A stretch of 64,000 nucleotides of DNA from the human T2T-CHM13v2.0 reference genome, Homo sapiens. Under the pieces are notes generated by a model, which made no database searches, was not told the origin of the DNA, and was given only the letters and a program-made list of their open reading frames with translations. Below are positions 1 through 14,210 of the stretch, in pieces (the stretch's first letter is position 1; each line of letters begins with the position of its first letter). The stretch lies in NCBI RefSeq assembly GCF_009914755.1, contig NC_060929.1; one strand, given 5' to 3'. A program made the position numbers and the translations under genes.

Positions 1-3000
1 AGATATTTTCTTTTTCACCATAGGCCTCAATGCACTCTCAAATATCCCTTAGCGGATTCTACAAAAACAGTGTTTCCAAACTGCTGAATGAAATGAAAGA
101 TTTAACTCTGCGACATGAATGCACACATAACAAGTGGTTTCCCAGATAGATTTATTCTAGTTTTTATCCTGGGATATTCACTTTTTTGCTATTGTCCTCA
201 AAGAGGTCCCAAATGTCCATTCACAGAATCAACAGTGTTTCCAAACTGCTGAATCAAAAGAAAGATTAAACTCTGTGAGACATATGCACACATCACAATG
301 TAGTTTCTCAGAAAGCTTCTTTCCAGTATTTACCTGAAGATATTTTCTTTTTCACCATAGGCCTCAAAGGGCTCCCAAATATTCCATCACAGAGTCTACA
401 AAAGCCGTGTATCCAAACTGCTGAATGAAAAGGAAGGTTGAACACTGCTAGATGAATGCACACATCACTAAGTAGTTTCTCAGATAGATTACTTGTAGTT
501 ATTATCCTGGGATATTCTCTTTTTTGCCATTGGCCTCAATGAACACCCAATTATCCACTCACAGAATAGACAAAAACAGTGTTTCCAAACTGCTGAATCA
601 AAAGAATGGTTAAACTCTGTGAGATGAATGCACAGATCACAAAGCAGTTTCTCCAAAAGCTTCTTTCTAGTTTTTATCTGAATAGATTTCCTTTTTCACC
701 ATAGGCTTCAATGTGCTCCCAAATATCCCTTCACAGATTCTTCAAAAAAAGTGCTTCCAAACTGCTGAATGAAAAGAAAAGTTTATCTCTGTGAGAGGGA
801 TGCACACTTCACAAAGTGGTTTCCCAGATAGTTTTCTTATAGTATTTTTCCTGGGATATTAGCTGTATTACCCTTGCCCTCAATTAGCTCCCAAATGTCC
901 ATTTGCAGAATGGATAAAAAGAGTGTTTCTAAAGTGCTGAATCAAAAGAAAGTTTTAACTCTGTGAGATGAGTGTACACATCACAAATCAGTTTTTTAGA
1001 AAGGTTGTTTCAAGTTTTTATCTGAAGTAATTTTCTTTTTCACCATAGGCCTCAGTGTGCTCCCAAATATCCCTTTGCAGATTCTACAAAAAGAGTGTTC
1101 CAAAACTGCTGAATGAAAAGAAAGATTTAATTCTGTGAGATGAGTGCACACAACACAAGGCAGTTTCTCAGATAGATTCCTTCTAGTTGTTATCTTGGGA
1201 TATGTGCTTTTTCGCCATTGGCCTCAATGAGCTCCCAAATGTCCATTTGCAGAATGGACAAAAAGAGTGTTTCCAAACTGCTTAATCAAAAGAAAGTTTT
1301 AACTGTGAGATGAATGCACACATTACAGAGCAGTTTTCAGGAATGTTCTTTCTAGTTCTTATCTGAAGATATTTTCCTTCTCACCGTAGGCCTCAATGAA
1401 CTCCCAAATATCCCTTCACAGATTCTGAAAAAACAGTGTTTCCACACTTCTGAATGAAAAGAAAGGTGTAATTCTGCAAGACAAATGCACACATAACAAA
1501 GCGGTTTCTCAGATTCCTTCTAGTTTTTATCCTGGGATATTCACTTTTTTTACCATTGACCTCAAAGAGCTCCCAAATATCCATACACATAATCGACAAA
1601 AAAAGTGTTTAAAAAGGGCTCAATCAAAAGAAAGGTTTAACTCTGTGAGATGAATGCTCAACTAATAAAGCAGTTTCTCAAAACGCTTCTCTCTAATTTT
1701 TATGTGAAGATATTTTGTTTTTCAACATAGGCCTCAATGCACTCCCAAATATCCCTTTGCACATTCTACAGAAACAGTGTTTCCAAACTGCTGAAGGACA
1801 AGAAAGGTTTACCTCTGCTAGATGAATGCACACATCACAAAGTGGGTTCTCAGATACCTTCCTTCTTGTTTTTACCTTGGGATATTCACTTTTTTGCCTT
1901 TGGCTTCAATGAGCTCCCAAATGTCAAATCACAGAATGGAAAAAAACAGTGTTTCTATACTGCTGAATCAAAAGAAAGTTTCAAGTCTGCGAGATGAATG
2001 CACACATAACAATGCAGTTTCTCAGAAAGCTTCTTTCTAGTTTTTATCTGAAGATATTTTCTTTTTCACCATAGGCCTTATTGCTCTCCCAAATGTCCCT
2101 TCGCAGTTTCTACAAAAACATTGTTTCCAAACTGCTGAATGAAAAGAAAGCTTTAACTCTCCATGATGAATGCACACATAACAAAGCAGTTTCTCATATA
2201 GATTCCTTCCAGTTTGCATCCTGGCATAATCGTTTTTTTGCCATTGGCCTCAATGAGCTCCCAAATGTTCATTCACAGAATGAACAAAAAGATTGTTTCC
2301 AAACTGCTGAATCAAAAGAAAGGTTAAAGTCTGTGAGTTCAATGCACACCTCAAAAAACAGTTTCTCAGAAAGATTCTTTCTAGTTTTTATCTGAAGATA
2401 TTTTTGGTTTCACCATAGGCCCCAGTGCACTCCAAAATATCCCTTCTCACATACTACAAAAGTAGTGTTTCCAAACTGCTGAATGAAAAGTAAAGTTTAA
2501 CTCTGCAAGATGAATTCACACATCCCAAAGCATTTTCCCAGATAGGTTTCTTGTAGTTTTTTTCCTGGGTTATTCAGTTTTTCATCATTGGCCTCAATGA
2601 GATCCAAAATGTCCATTCACGTAATGGACAAAAACAGTGTTTGAAAAGTGGAGAATCAAAAGAAATGTTATACTCTGTGAGGTGAATGCACACATCACAA
2701 ATCGCTTTCTCAGAAAGAGTCTTACTAGTTTTAAAATGAAGACTTTTTTCTCACCACAGTCCACAATATGCTCCCAAATATTGCTTCATGGATTCTACAA
2801 AAAAAAAAGGTGTTTCCAAACTACTGAATGAAAACAAAGGATTATCTCTGCAAGACGAATGCACACATCACAAACAGTTTCTCAGGTAGCATCTTCTAGT
2901 TTTTATCCCGGGGTATTAACTTTTTCACCATTGGCCTCAATTTGCTCCCAAATATCTATTCACAGATTTTACAAAAACAGTGCTTCCAAAGTGCTGAATA

Positions 3001-6000
3001 AAAAGAAAAGCTTAACTCTGTGGGATGAATGCACACATCACAAAGTGGTTACTCAGATAACTTCCTTCTAGTTTTTATCCTGTGATATTTGCTTCTTCAC
3101 CATTGGCCTCAAAGAGCTCTCATATGTCCTTTCACAGAACGGAGGAAAACAGTGTGTCTAAACTGCTGAATCAAAAGAAAGCTTAAACTCTGTGAGTTGA
3201 ATGCACACATCACAAAGAAGTTTCTCAGAGAGCTTCTTTCTAGTTTTTATCTGAAGATAATTTTGGTGTAACCATAGGCCTCAATGCACTCCCAAATATC
3301 CCTTCACAGATTCTACAAAAACAGTGTTTCCAAACTTGTGAATGGAAAGAAAGGTTTAATTCTGTGAGATGAATCCACACATCAGAAAGTGGTTTCTCAG
3401 AGAGCTTCCTTGTAGTTTTTATTCTGGGATATTTACTTTTCTGCTATTGGCCTCAAAGAGCTCCCAAATGTTCGTTCACAGAATGGACAACCACTGTGTA
3501 TCCAAACTGCTGAATCAAAAGAATGGTTAAACTCTGTGAGATGAGTGCACACATCACAAAGCAGTTTCTCAGAAAGCTTCTTTCTAGTTTTCATCTGAAG
3601 ATATTTTGTTTTTCACAGTAGGCCCCAATGCTGTCTCAAATATCCCTTTGCAGATTCTACAAAAACAGTGTTTTCAAACTGCTGAAAGAAAAGAAAGGTT
3701 TAAATCTATGAGATGAATGCACACATCACAAAGCGGTATCTCAGATAGCCTTCCTCTTGTATTTTTCCTGGGATATTCACTTTTTTGACATTGCCTCAAT
3801 GAGCTCCAAAATGTCCATTCACAGAATGGACAAACACAGTGTTTCCAAACTGCTGAATCTAAAGAAAGTTTAAATTCTGTGAGAAGAAAGTGCACATCAC
3901 AAAGCAGTTTGCGGAAAGCTTTTTCCAGTTTTTAGTTGAAGACATTTTCTTTTTCACCATAGGCCCCAATGCATCACAAAGCAGTTTCTCAAAAAGGTTC
4001 TTTGTAGGTTTATCTGAATATATTTTCTTCTTCACCATTGACCTCAATGTGCTCCCATATATCCCATCACAGATTCTACAAAAGCAGTGTTTCCAAAGTG
4101 CTGAATGAAAAGAAAGGTTTAACTCTGTGAGATAAAAGCACACATCACAAAGCTGCTTCCCAGATAGCTTTCTTCTTGTATTTATGCTGGGATATTCGCT
4201 TTTTCCCCATTGGCCTCCATGAACTCCCAAATGTACATTCACAGAATGGACAAAAGCAGTGTTTCCAAAGTGTTGAATCAAAAGAAAATTTTCACTCTAT
4301 GAGATGAATGCACACATCACAAAGCAGTTTCTCAGAAAGATTCTTTCTAGTTTTTATCAGAAGTTACTTTCTTTTTTCAATGTAAGCCTCAATGTGCTCC
4401 CAAATATCCCTTTGTGGATTCTACAAAAACAGTGTTTTGAAACTGTTAAATGAAAATAAATGTGTAAATTTGCGAGATGAATGCTCACATCACAAAGTGG
4501 TTTCTCAGATAGATTCCTTCTAGTTTTTATCCTGGGATATTCACTTTTTTGTGACTGACCTCAATTTGCTCCAAAATGTCCATTCACAAAATGGACAAAA
4601 ACAGGGTTTCCAAAGTTGAGAATCAAAAGAAAGGTTATAATCTGTGAGATGAATGCACACATCACAAAGAAGTTTCTCAGAAAGCTTTTTTCTATTTTTT
4701 TTTCTGAGGAGATTTTCTTTATCACTGTAGTCCTTAAAGCAATCGCAAATATCCCTTTGAAAATTTTACAAAAACAGTGTTTCCAAACTACCGAATGAAA
4801 GAAAGGATTAATTCCTCTAGATGAATGCATACATCACAAAGCATTTTCCCAGATAGCTTTCTTCTAGTTTTTATCCTGGGTTGTTCATTTTTCACCGTTG
4901 GCCTCAATGAACTCCAAAATTTCCATTGTCAGAGTGGAAAAAAAGCAGATTTTCCAGAGTGCTGAATCAAAAGAAAGGTTAAATTCTGTGAGATGAATGC
5001 ACACATCACAAAGAAGTGTCTCACAAAGTTTCATTCTAGTTTTTATCTGAAGATATTTAATTTTGCACCTTAGGCCTTAATGCCCTCCCAAATATCTGTT
5101 CACATATTCTGCAAAAAAAGTGTTTCCATGCTGCTGAACGAAAAGATAGGCTTATCTATGTGAGATGAATGCATATATCAAAAAGCATTTTTGCAGAGGG
5201 ACTTCTTCTGCTTTTATCCTGGGATATTCAATTTTTGGCCATTGCTCTCAAGGAGCTCCCAAATGTCCATTCTCAGAAGGGACAAAAACCGTGTTTCCAA
5301 ACTTCTGAATCAAAAGAAAGTTTTAACTCTGTGAGATGAAAACACACACCACAAAGGAGTTTCTCAGAAAGCTTCTTTCTAATTTTGACCTGAAGATATT
5401 TTTAGTGTCACCATAGGCTTCAATAAGATCCCATATATCTCTTCACAGGTTCTACAAAACAGTGTCTCCAAAATGCTGAAAGAAATGGAAGGTTTAACTC
5501 TTTGAGATGAATGCATGTATCACAAAGCGGTTTTACAGATAGCTTCATTCTAATTTTTATCCTGGGTTATTTTCACTTTTGCCATTGTACTCAGGGAATT
5601 CCCAATTGTCCATTCCCACAATGGACTAAAACACTGTTTCCAAACTGCTGAATCCAAAGAAAGTTTTAACATGGTGAGGCGAATGAGCACATCACAAAGC
5701 AATTTCTCAGAATGCTTCTTTCTCGTTTTTATCTGAAGCAATTTTCTTTTTCAACATAGGCCTCAAAGCACCCCAAATATCCCTTAGCAGATTCTACAAA
5801 AACAGTTTTCCAAACTGCTGAATGAAAAGAAAGGTTTAGCTGTGTGAGATGAATACACAAATCACAAAGCAGTTTTTCAGATAGCTTCCTTCTAGTTTTC
5901 ATCTTGGGATATTTCCTTTTTCGCCATTGACCTCAGTGAGCTCCCAAATGTCCTTAAACTGAACGGAAAACAACAGTGTTTGCAAACTGCTGAATCAAAA

Positions 6001-6157
6001 GAAAGGTTTTACTCTGTGAGATGAATGAACACCTCACAAAACAGTGTCTCAGAAAGCTTCTTTCTAGTTTTTATCTAAAGATATTGTATTTTTCACCACA
6101 GTACTCAATGCACTCCAAAATATTCCTTTGCAGATTTGGCAACAACAGTGTTTCCAA
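1..6157 (-). repeat. Alpha satellite (ALR/Alpha), diverged dimeric array, block 1
   Basis: Tandem ~171-bp units with AACAGTGTTTCCAAACTGCTGAAT and GAGATGAATGCACACATCACAAAG. Two monomer types alternate (...AATATCCCTT..CAGATTCTAC.. versus ...AATGTCCATT..CAGAATGGAC..). The block runs off the left edge and ends at ...ACAGTGTTTCCAA, where L1 starts. Confidence 0.97.
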
Positions 6158-6655
6158 GGATGGGGCCAAGAAGGCTGAATAGGAACTGCTCTAGTCTACA
6201 GTTCCCAGCATGAGAGATGCAGAAGATTGGTGATTTCTGCATTTCCAACTGAGGTACTGAGGTCATCTCACAGGGGAGTGTTGGACAGTGGGTGAAGGAC
6301 AGTGGGTGTAGTGCACCAAGCATGAGCTGAAGCAGGGTGAGGCATCACCTCACCCAGGAAGTGCAAGGGGTCAGGGTATTCCCTTTCCTAGTCAAAGAAA
6401 GAGGTGACAGATAGATAGCTACTGGGAAATTGGGTCACTCTCACCATAATACTGTGCTTTTCCAATGGTCTTAGCAAACAGCACTCCAGGAGATTATATC
6501 CCACGCCTGGATTGGAGGGCCCTATGCCCACGGAGTGTCACTAATTTCTAGCACAGCAGTCTGAGATCAAACCGCAAGGCAGCAGTGGGACTGGGGGAGG
6601 GGAGCCTGCCATTGATAAGGCTTGGGTAGGTAAACAAAGTGGCTGGGAACCTCAA
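6158..6655 (+). promoter_or_regulatory. Decayed L1 5'UTR internal promoter, first ~500 nt
   Basis: Homologous to the L1PA 5'UTR. The YY1 core CAAGATGGCC reads CAAGAAGGCT and CpGs are largely decayed to TG/CA, so activity is unlikely. Confidence 0.75.
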
Positions 6656-8106
6656 CAAAAGGCCTTTGACAAAATTCAATGCTTCATGCTAAAAACTCTC
6701 TATAAATTAGGTATTGATGGGATGTATCTCAAAATAATAAGAGCTATCTATGACAAACTCACAGCCAATATCATACTGAATAGGCAAAAACTGGAAGCAT
6801 TCCCTTTGAAAACCAGCATAAGACAGGGATGCCCTCTCTCACCACTCCTATTCAACATAGTGTTGGAAGTTCTGGCCAGGGCAATCAGGCAGGAGAAGGA
6901 AATAAAGGGTATTCAATTAGGAAAAGAGGAAGTCAAGTTGTCCCTCTTTGCAGATGACATGATTGCATATCTGGAAAACCCCTTCGTCTCAGCCCAAAAT
7001 CTCCTTAAGCTGATAGGCAACTTCAGCAAAGTCTCAGGGTACAAAATCTATGTGCAAAAATCACAAGCATTCTTATCCACCAATAGCAGACAAACAGAGA
7101 GCCAAATCATGAGTGAACTCCCATTCACAATTGCTTCAAAGAGAATCAAATACTTATGAATTGAACTTAAAAGGGACATGAAGGACCTCTTCAAGGAAAA
7201 CTACAAACCACTTCTCAATGAAATAGAAGAGGATACAAACAAATGGAAGAACATTCCATGCTCATGGGTAGGAAGAATCAATATCATGAAAATGGCCATA
7301 CTGCCCAAAGTAATTTATAGATTCAATTCAATTTATAGCATCCGCATGAAGCTACCAATGACTTTCTTCACAGAATTGGAAAAACTACTTCAAAGTTCAT
7401 ATGGAACCAAAAAAGAGCCCACATTGCCAAGTCAATCCCATGCTAAAAGGATAAAGCTGGACCAATCTTGCTACCTAACTTCAAACTATACTACAAGCCT
7501 ACAGTAACCAAAACAGCATGGTACTGGTACCAAAACAGAGATATAGATGAATGGAACAGAACAGAGCCCTCAGGAATAATGTCACATATCTACAACTATC
7601 TGATATTTGACAAACTTGACAAAAACAAGAAATGGGGAAACAAATCCCTATTTAATAAATGGTGTTGGGAAAACTGGCTAGCCATGTGTAGAAAGCTGAA
7701 ACTGGATCCCTTCCTTACACCTTATACAAAAATTAATTGAAGACGGATTAAAGACTTACATGTTAGACCTAAAACCATAAAAATCCCAGAAGAAAACATA
7801 GGCAATACAATTCAGGACACAGGCATGGGCAAGGACTTCATGTCTAAAACACCAAAAGCAATGGCAACAAAAGCCAAAATTTGCAAAAGGGACCTAATTA
7901 AACTAAAGAGCTTCTGCACAGCAAAAGAAACTACCGTGAGAGTAAACAGGCAATGGGAGAAAATTTTTGCCATCTACTCTTCTGAAAAAGGCCTACTATC
8001 CAGAATCTACAATGAAGACAAAAAAAATTTACAAGAAAAAAACAAAGAACCCGATCAAAAAATGGGCAAAGTATATGAACAGACACTTCTCAAAAGATGA
8101 CATTTA
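6656..8106 (+). pseudogene. L1 ORF2 fragment (reverse transcriptase region), disrupted
   Basis: ORF pieces 6686-7159 ([16 protein letters not shown]...LFADDM), 7178-7507, 7468-7740 and 7825-8100 lie in shifting frames with stops. Confidence 0.93.
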
Positions 8107-8483
8107 GGGAGTGGAACCATTATGACCGAATAGGAACAGCTCCAGTCTATACTGCAAGCGTGAGTGATGCAGAAGACGGGTGATTTCTGCATTGCCAACT
8201 GAGTTACCGGGTTCGTCTCACTGGGGAGTGTCAGAAAGTAGGGGCAGGACAGTGGGTGCAGTGCACTGAGCATGAGCTGTAGCAGGGTAAGGCATTGCCT
8301 CAACTGTGAAGTGCAAGTGGACAGGGGATTCCCTTTCCTGGTCAAAGAAAGGAGTGAGAGATGGCACCTGGAAAATCGGGTCACTCCCACCATAATACTG
8401 TGCATTTCCAAAGGTCTTAACAAATGGCCCGCCAGGAGATTTTATCCTGTGCCTGGCTGGGTAGGTCCTACACCCATGGAGCC

Positions 8484-8558
8484 TCACCATTTGCTAGCAC
8501 AGCAGTCCGAGATCAAACCGCAAGGTGGCAGCAAGTTTGGGGGAGGGGTGCCCACCAT
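8484..8558 (-). pseudogene. L1 ORF0 remnant, truncated at 24 aa
   Basis: Manual translation of the minus strand from the ATG at 8558 gives [24 protein letters not shown], matching the start of primate ORF0 (MAGAPPPASLPPCSLISDCCAS...). The downstream VGVTRFSRC motif appears separately in ORF 8055..8423. Confidence 0.75.
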
Positions 8559-8879
8559 TGCCAAGGCTTGAGTGGGTAAACAAAGCGGCCTGGAAGCTTG
8601 ATCTGGGTGGAGTGCAATGCAGCTCAAGGAGGCCTGCCTGCCTCAGTAGACTCCATCTCTGGGGGCAGGGCATAGCCAAACAAAAGGCAGCAGAATACTC
8701 TGCAAACTTAAATGTCCCTGTCTGACAGCTTTGAAGAGAGTAGTGGTTCTCCTCGCATGCAGCTGGAGATCTGAGAACTGACAAGTAGCCTCCTCAAGTG
8801 GGTCCCTGACCACGAATAACCTGACTGGGAGGCACCACACAGTAGGGGCACACTGACACCTCTCACGGCCGGGTACTCC

Positions 8880-9008
8880 TCTGAGACAAAACTTGCAGAG
8901 TAACAATCAGGCAGCAACATTTGCTGCTCAACAATATCTGCTGTTCTGCAGCCTCCGCTGCTGATACCCAGGAAAACAGGGTCTGGAGAAGACCTACAGG
9001 AAACTCCA
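8880..9008 (+). promoter_or_regulatory. ~129-bp 5'UTR segment carrying the ZNF93 binding site (lost in young L1PA3, L1PA2 and L1HS)
   Basis: Extra sequence CTGAGACAAAACTT...GATACCCAGG...AAACTCC lies between GGGTACTCC and AGACCTGCAGCTGAGGGTCC, which are nearly contiguous in L1HS. Boundaries are approximate. Confidence 0.75.
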
Positions 9009-9128
9009 GCAGACCTGCAGCTGAGGGTCCTTAATGTTAGAAGGAAAACAAACAGAAAGTACAGCCACACCAAAACCCCATCTCTATGTCACCATCATCT
9101 AAGACCAAAGGTAGATAAAACCACAAAG

Positions 9129-10120
9129 ATGGGTAAAAAACAGAGCAGAAAAACTGGAAAACCTAAAAATCAGAGCACCTCTCCTCCTCCAAAGGAACAC
9201 CCATCCTCATCAGCAACAAAGCTGGACAGAGAATGACTTTGATGACTTGAGAGAAGAAGGCTTCAGACAATCAAACTACTCTGAACTAAAGGAGGAAGTT
9301 CGAACACATGGCAAAGAAGTTAAAGACCTTGAAAAAAATTAGATGAATGGCTTACTAGAATAATCAATGCAGAGAAGTCCTTAAAGGACCTGATGGAGCT
9401 GAAAACCAAGGCACAAGAACTATGTGACGAATGTACAAGCCTCTGTAGCCGATTCAATCCACTGGAAGAAAGGGTATCAGTCATGGAAGATTAAATGAAT
9501 GAAATGAAGTGAGAAAAGAAGTTTAGAAAAGTAAGAATAAAAATAAATGAACAAAGCTTCCAAGAAATGTGGGACTATGTGAAAAGACAAAATCTACATC
9601 TGATTGGTGTACATGAAAGTGACTGGGAGAATGGAACCAAGTTGGAAAACACTCTGCAGGATATTATCCAGGAGCTCTTCCCCAATCTAGCAAGGCAGGA
9701 CAACATTCAAATTCAGGAAATACAGAGAACAACACAAAAATACCACTTGAGAAGAGAACTGCAAGACACAAATTTTCAGATTCACCAAAGTTGAAATGAA
9801 GGGAAAATTGTGAAGGGCAGCCAGACAGAAAAGGGAAGCCCATCAGACTAACAGCTGATCTCTCCGCAGAAACTCTACAAGCCAGAAGACAGTGAGGGCC
9901 AATATTCAACAATCTTAAAGAAAAGAGTTTTCAATGTAGGATTTCATATCCAGCCAAACTAAGTTTCATAAGGGAAGGAGAAATAAAATCCTTTACAGAC
10001 AAGCAAATGCTGAGAGATTTTGTCACCACCAGGCCTGCCCTAAAAGAGTTCCTGAAGGAAGCACTAAACATGGAAAGGAACAATGGGTACCAGCCACTGC
10101 AAAAACATGCCAAATTGCAA
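9129..10120 (+). pseudogene. L1 ORF1 (RNA-binding chaperone), disrupted
   Basis: ATGGGTAAAAAACAGAGCAGA (MGKKQSR) at 9129 and the fragment MWDYVKRQNL...LENTLQDIIQE. There are frameshifts and a small deletion near 9830. The normal TAA reads CAA at 10118-10120. Confidence 0.92.
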
Positions 10121-10183
10121 AGACCATCAAGGCTAGGAAGAAACTGCATCAACTAACGAGCAAAATAACCAGCGAACATCATA

Positions 10184-14006
<3,823 letters not shown>

Positions 14007-14210
14007 ACAATGAGAACACATGGACACAGGAAGGGAAACATCAACCACCGGGGCCTGTTGTGGGGTGGTGGGAGGGGGGAGGGATAGATATACCTAATGT
14101 TAAAATATGAGTTAATGGGTGCAGCACATCAACATGTCACATGTATACATATGTAACAAACCTGCACGTTCTGCACATGTACTCTAAAACTTAAAGTAAA
14201 ATAAAGAAAA

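Larger units (their letters stand above)
6158..8106 (+). mobile_element. LINE-1 copy a (L1PA4-like): 5'UTR joined to mid-ORF2 by a ~3.3-kb internal deletion, 3' end absent
   Basis: Starts GGATGGGGCCAAGAAGGCTGAATAGGAAC, the L1 5' end. The 5'UTR runs to ~6655 and jumps to ORF2 AAAAGGCCTTTGACAAAATTC. It stops at CTCAAAAGATGACATTTA (8106), where a second L1 5' end begins. Confidence 0.93.
8107..9128 (+). promoter_or_regulatory. L1 5'UTR (sense and antisense promoter region), decayed
   Basis: About 1020 nt between the L1 5' end and the ORF1 ATG. The YY1 site is mutated (CATTATGACC) and CpGs are depleted. Confidence 0.8.

Noticed and set aside
7310-7345. Small duplication ATTTATAG-ATTCAATTCA-ATTTATAG in L1a ORF2
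   Set aside because: It is a local slippage insertion in a dead element.
6105-9073. Antisense ORFs in the L1 5'UTRs (6105..6323, 8055..8423, 8218..8490, 8494..8784, 8708..9073) as novel genes
   Set aside because: These are ordinary open frames in GC-richer L1 5'UTR sequence. Only the ORF0 homology is recognisable, and it is truncated.
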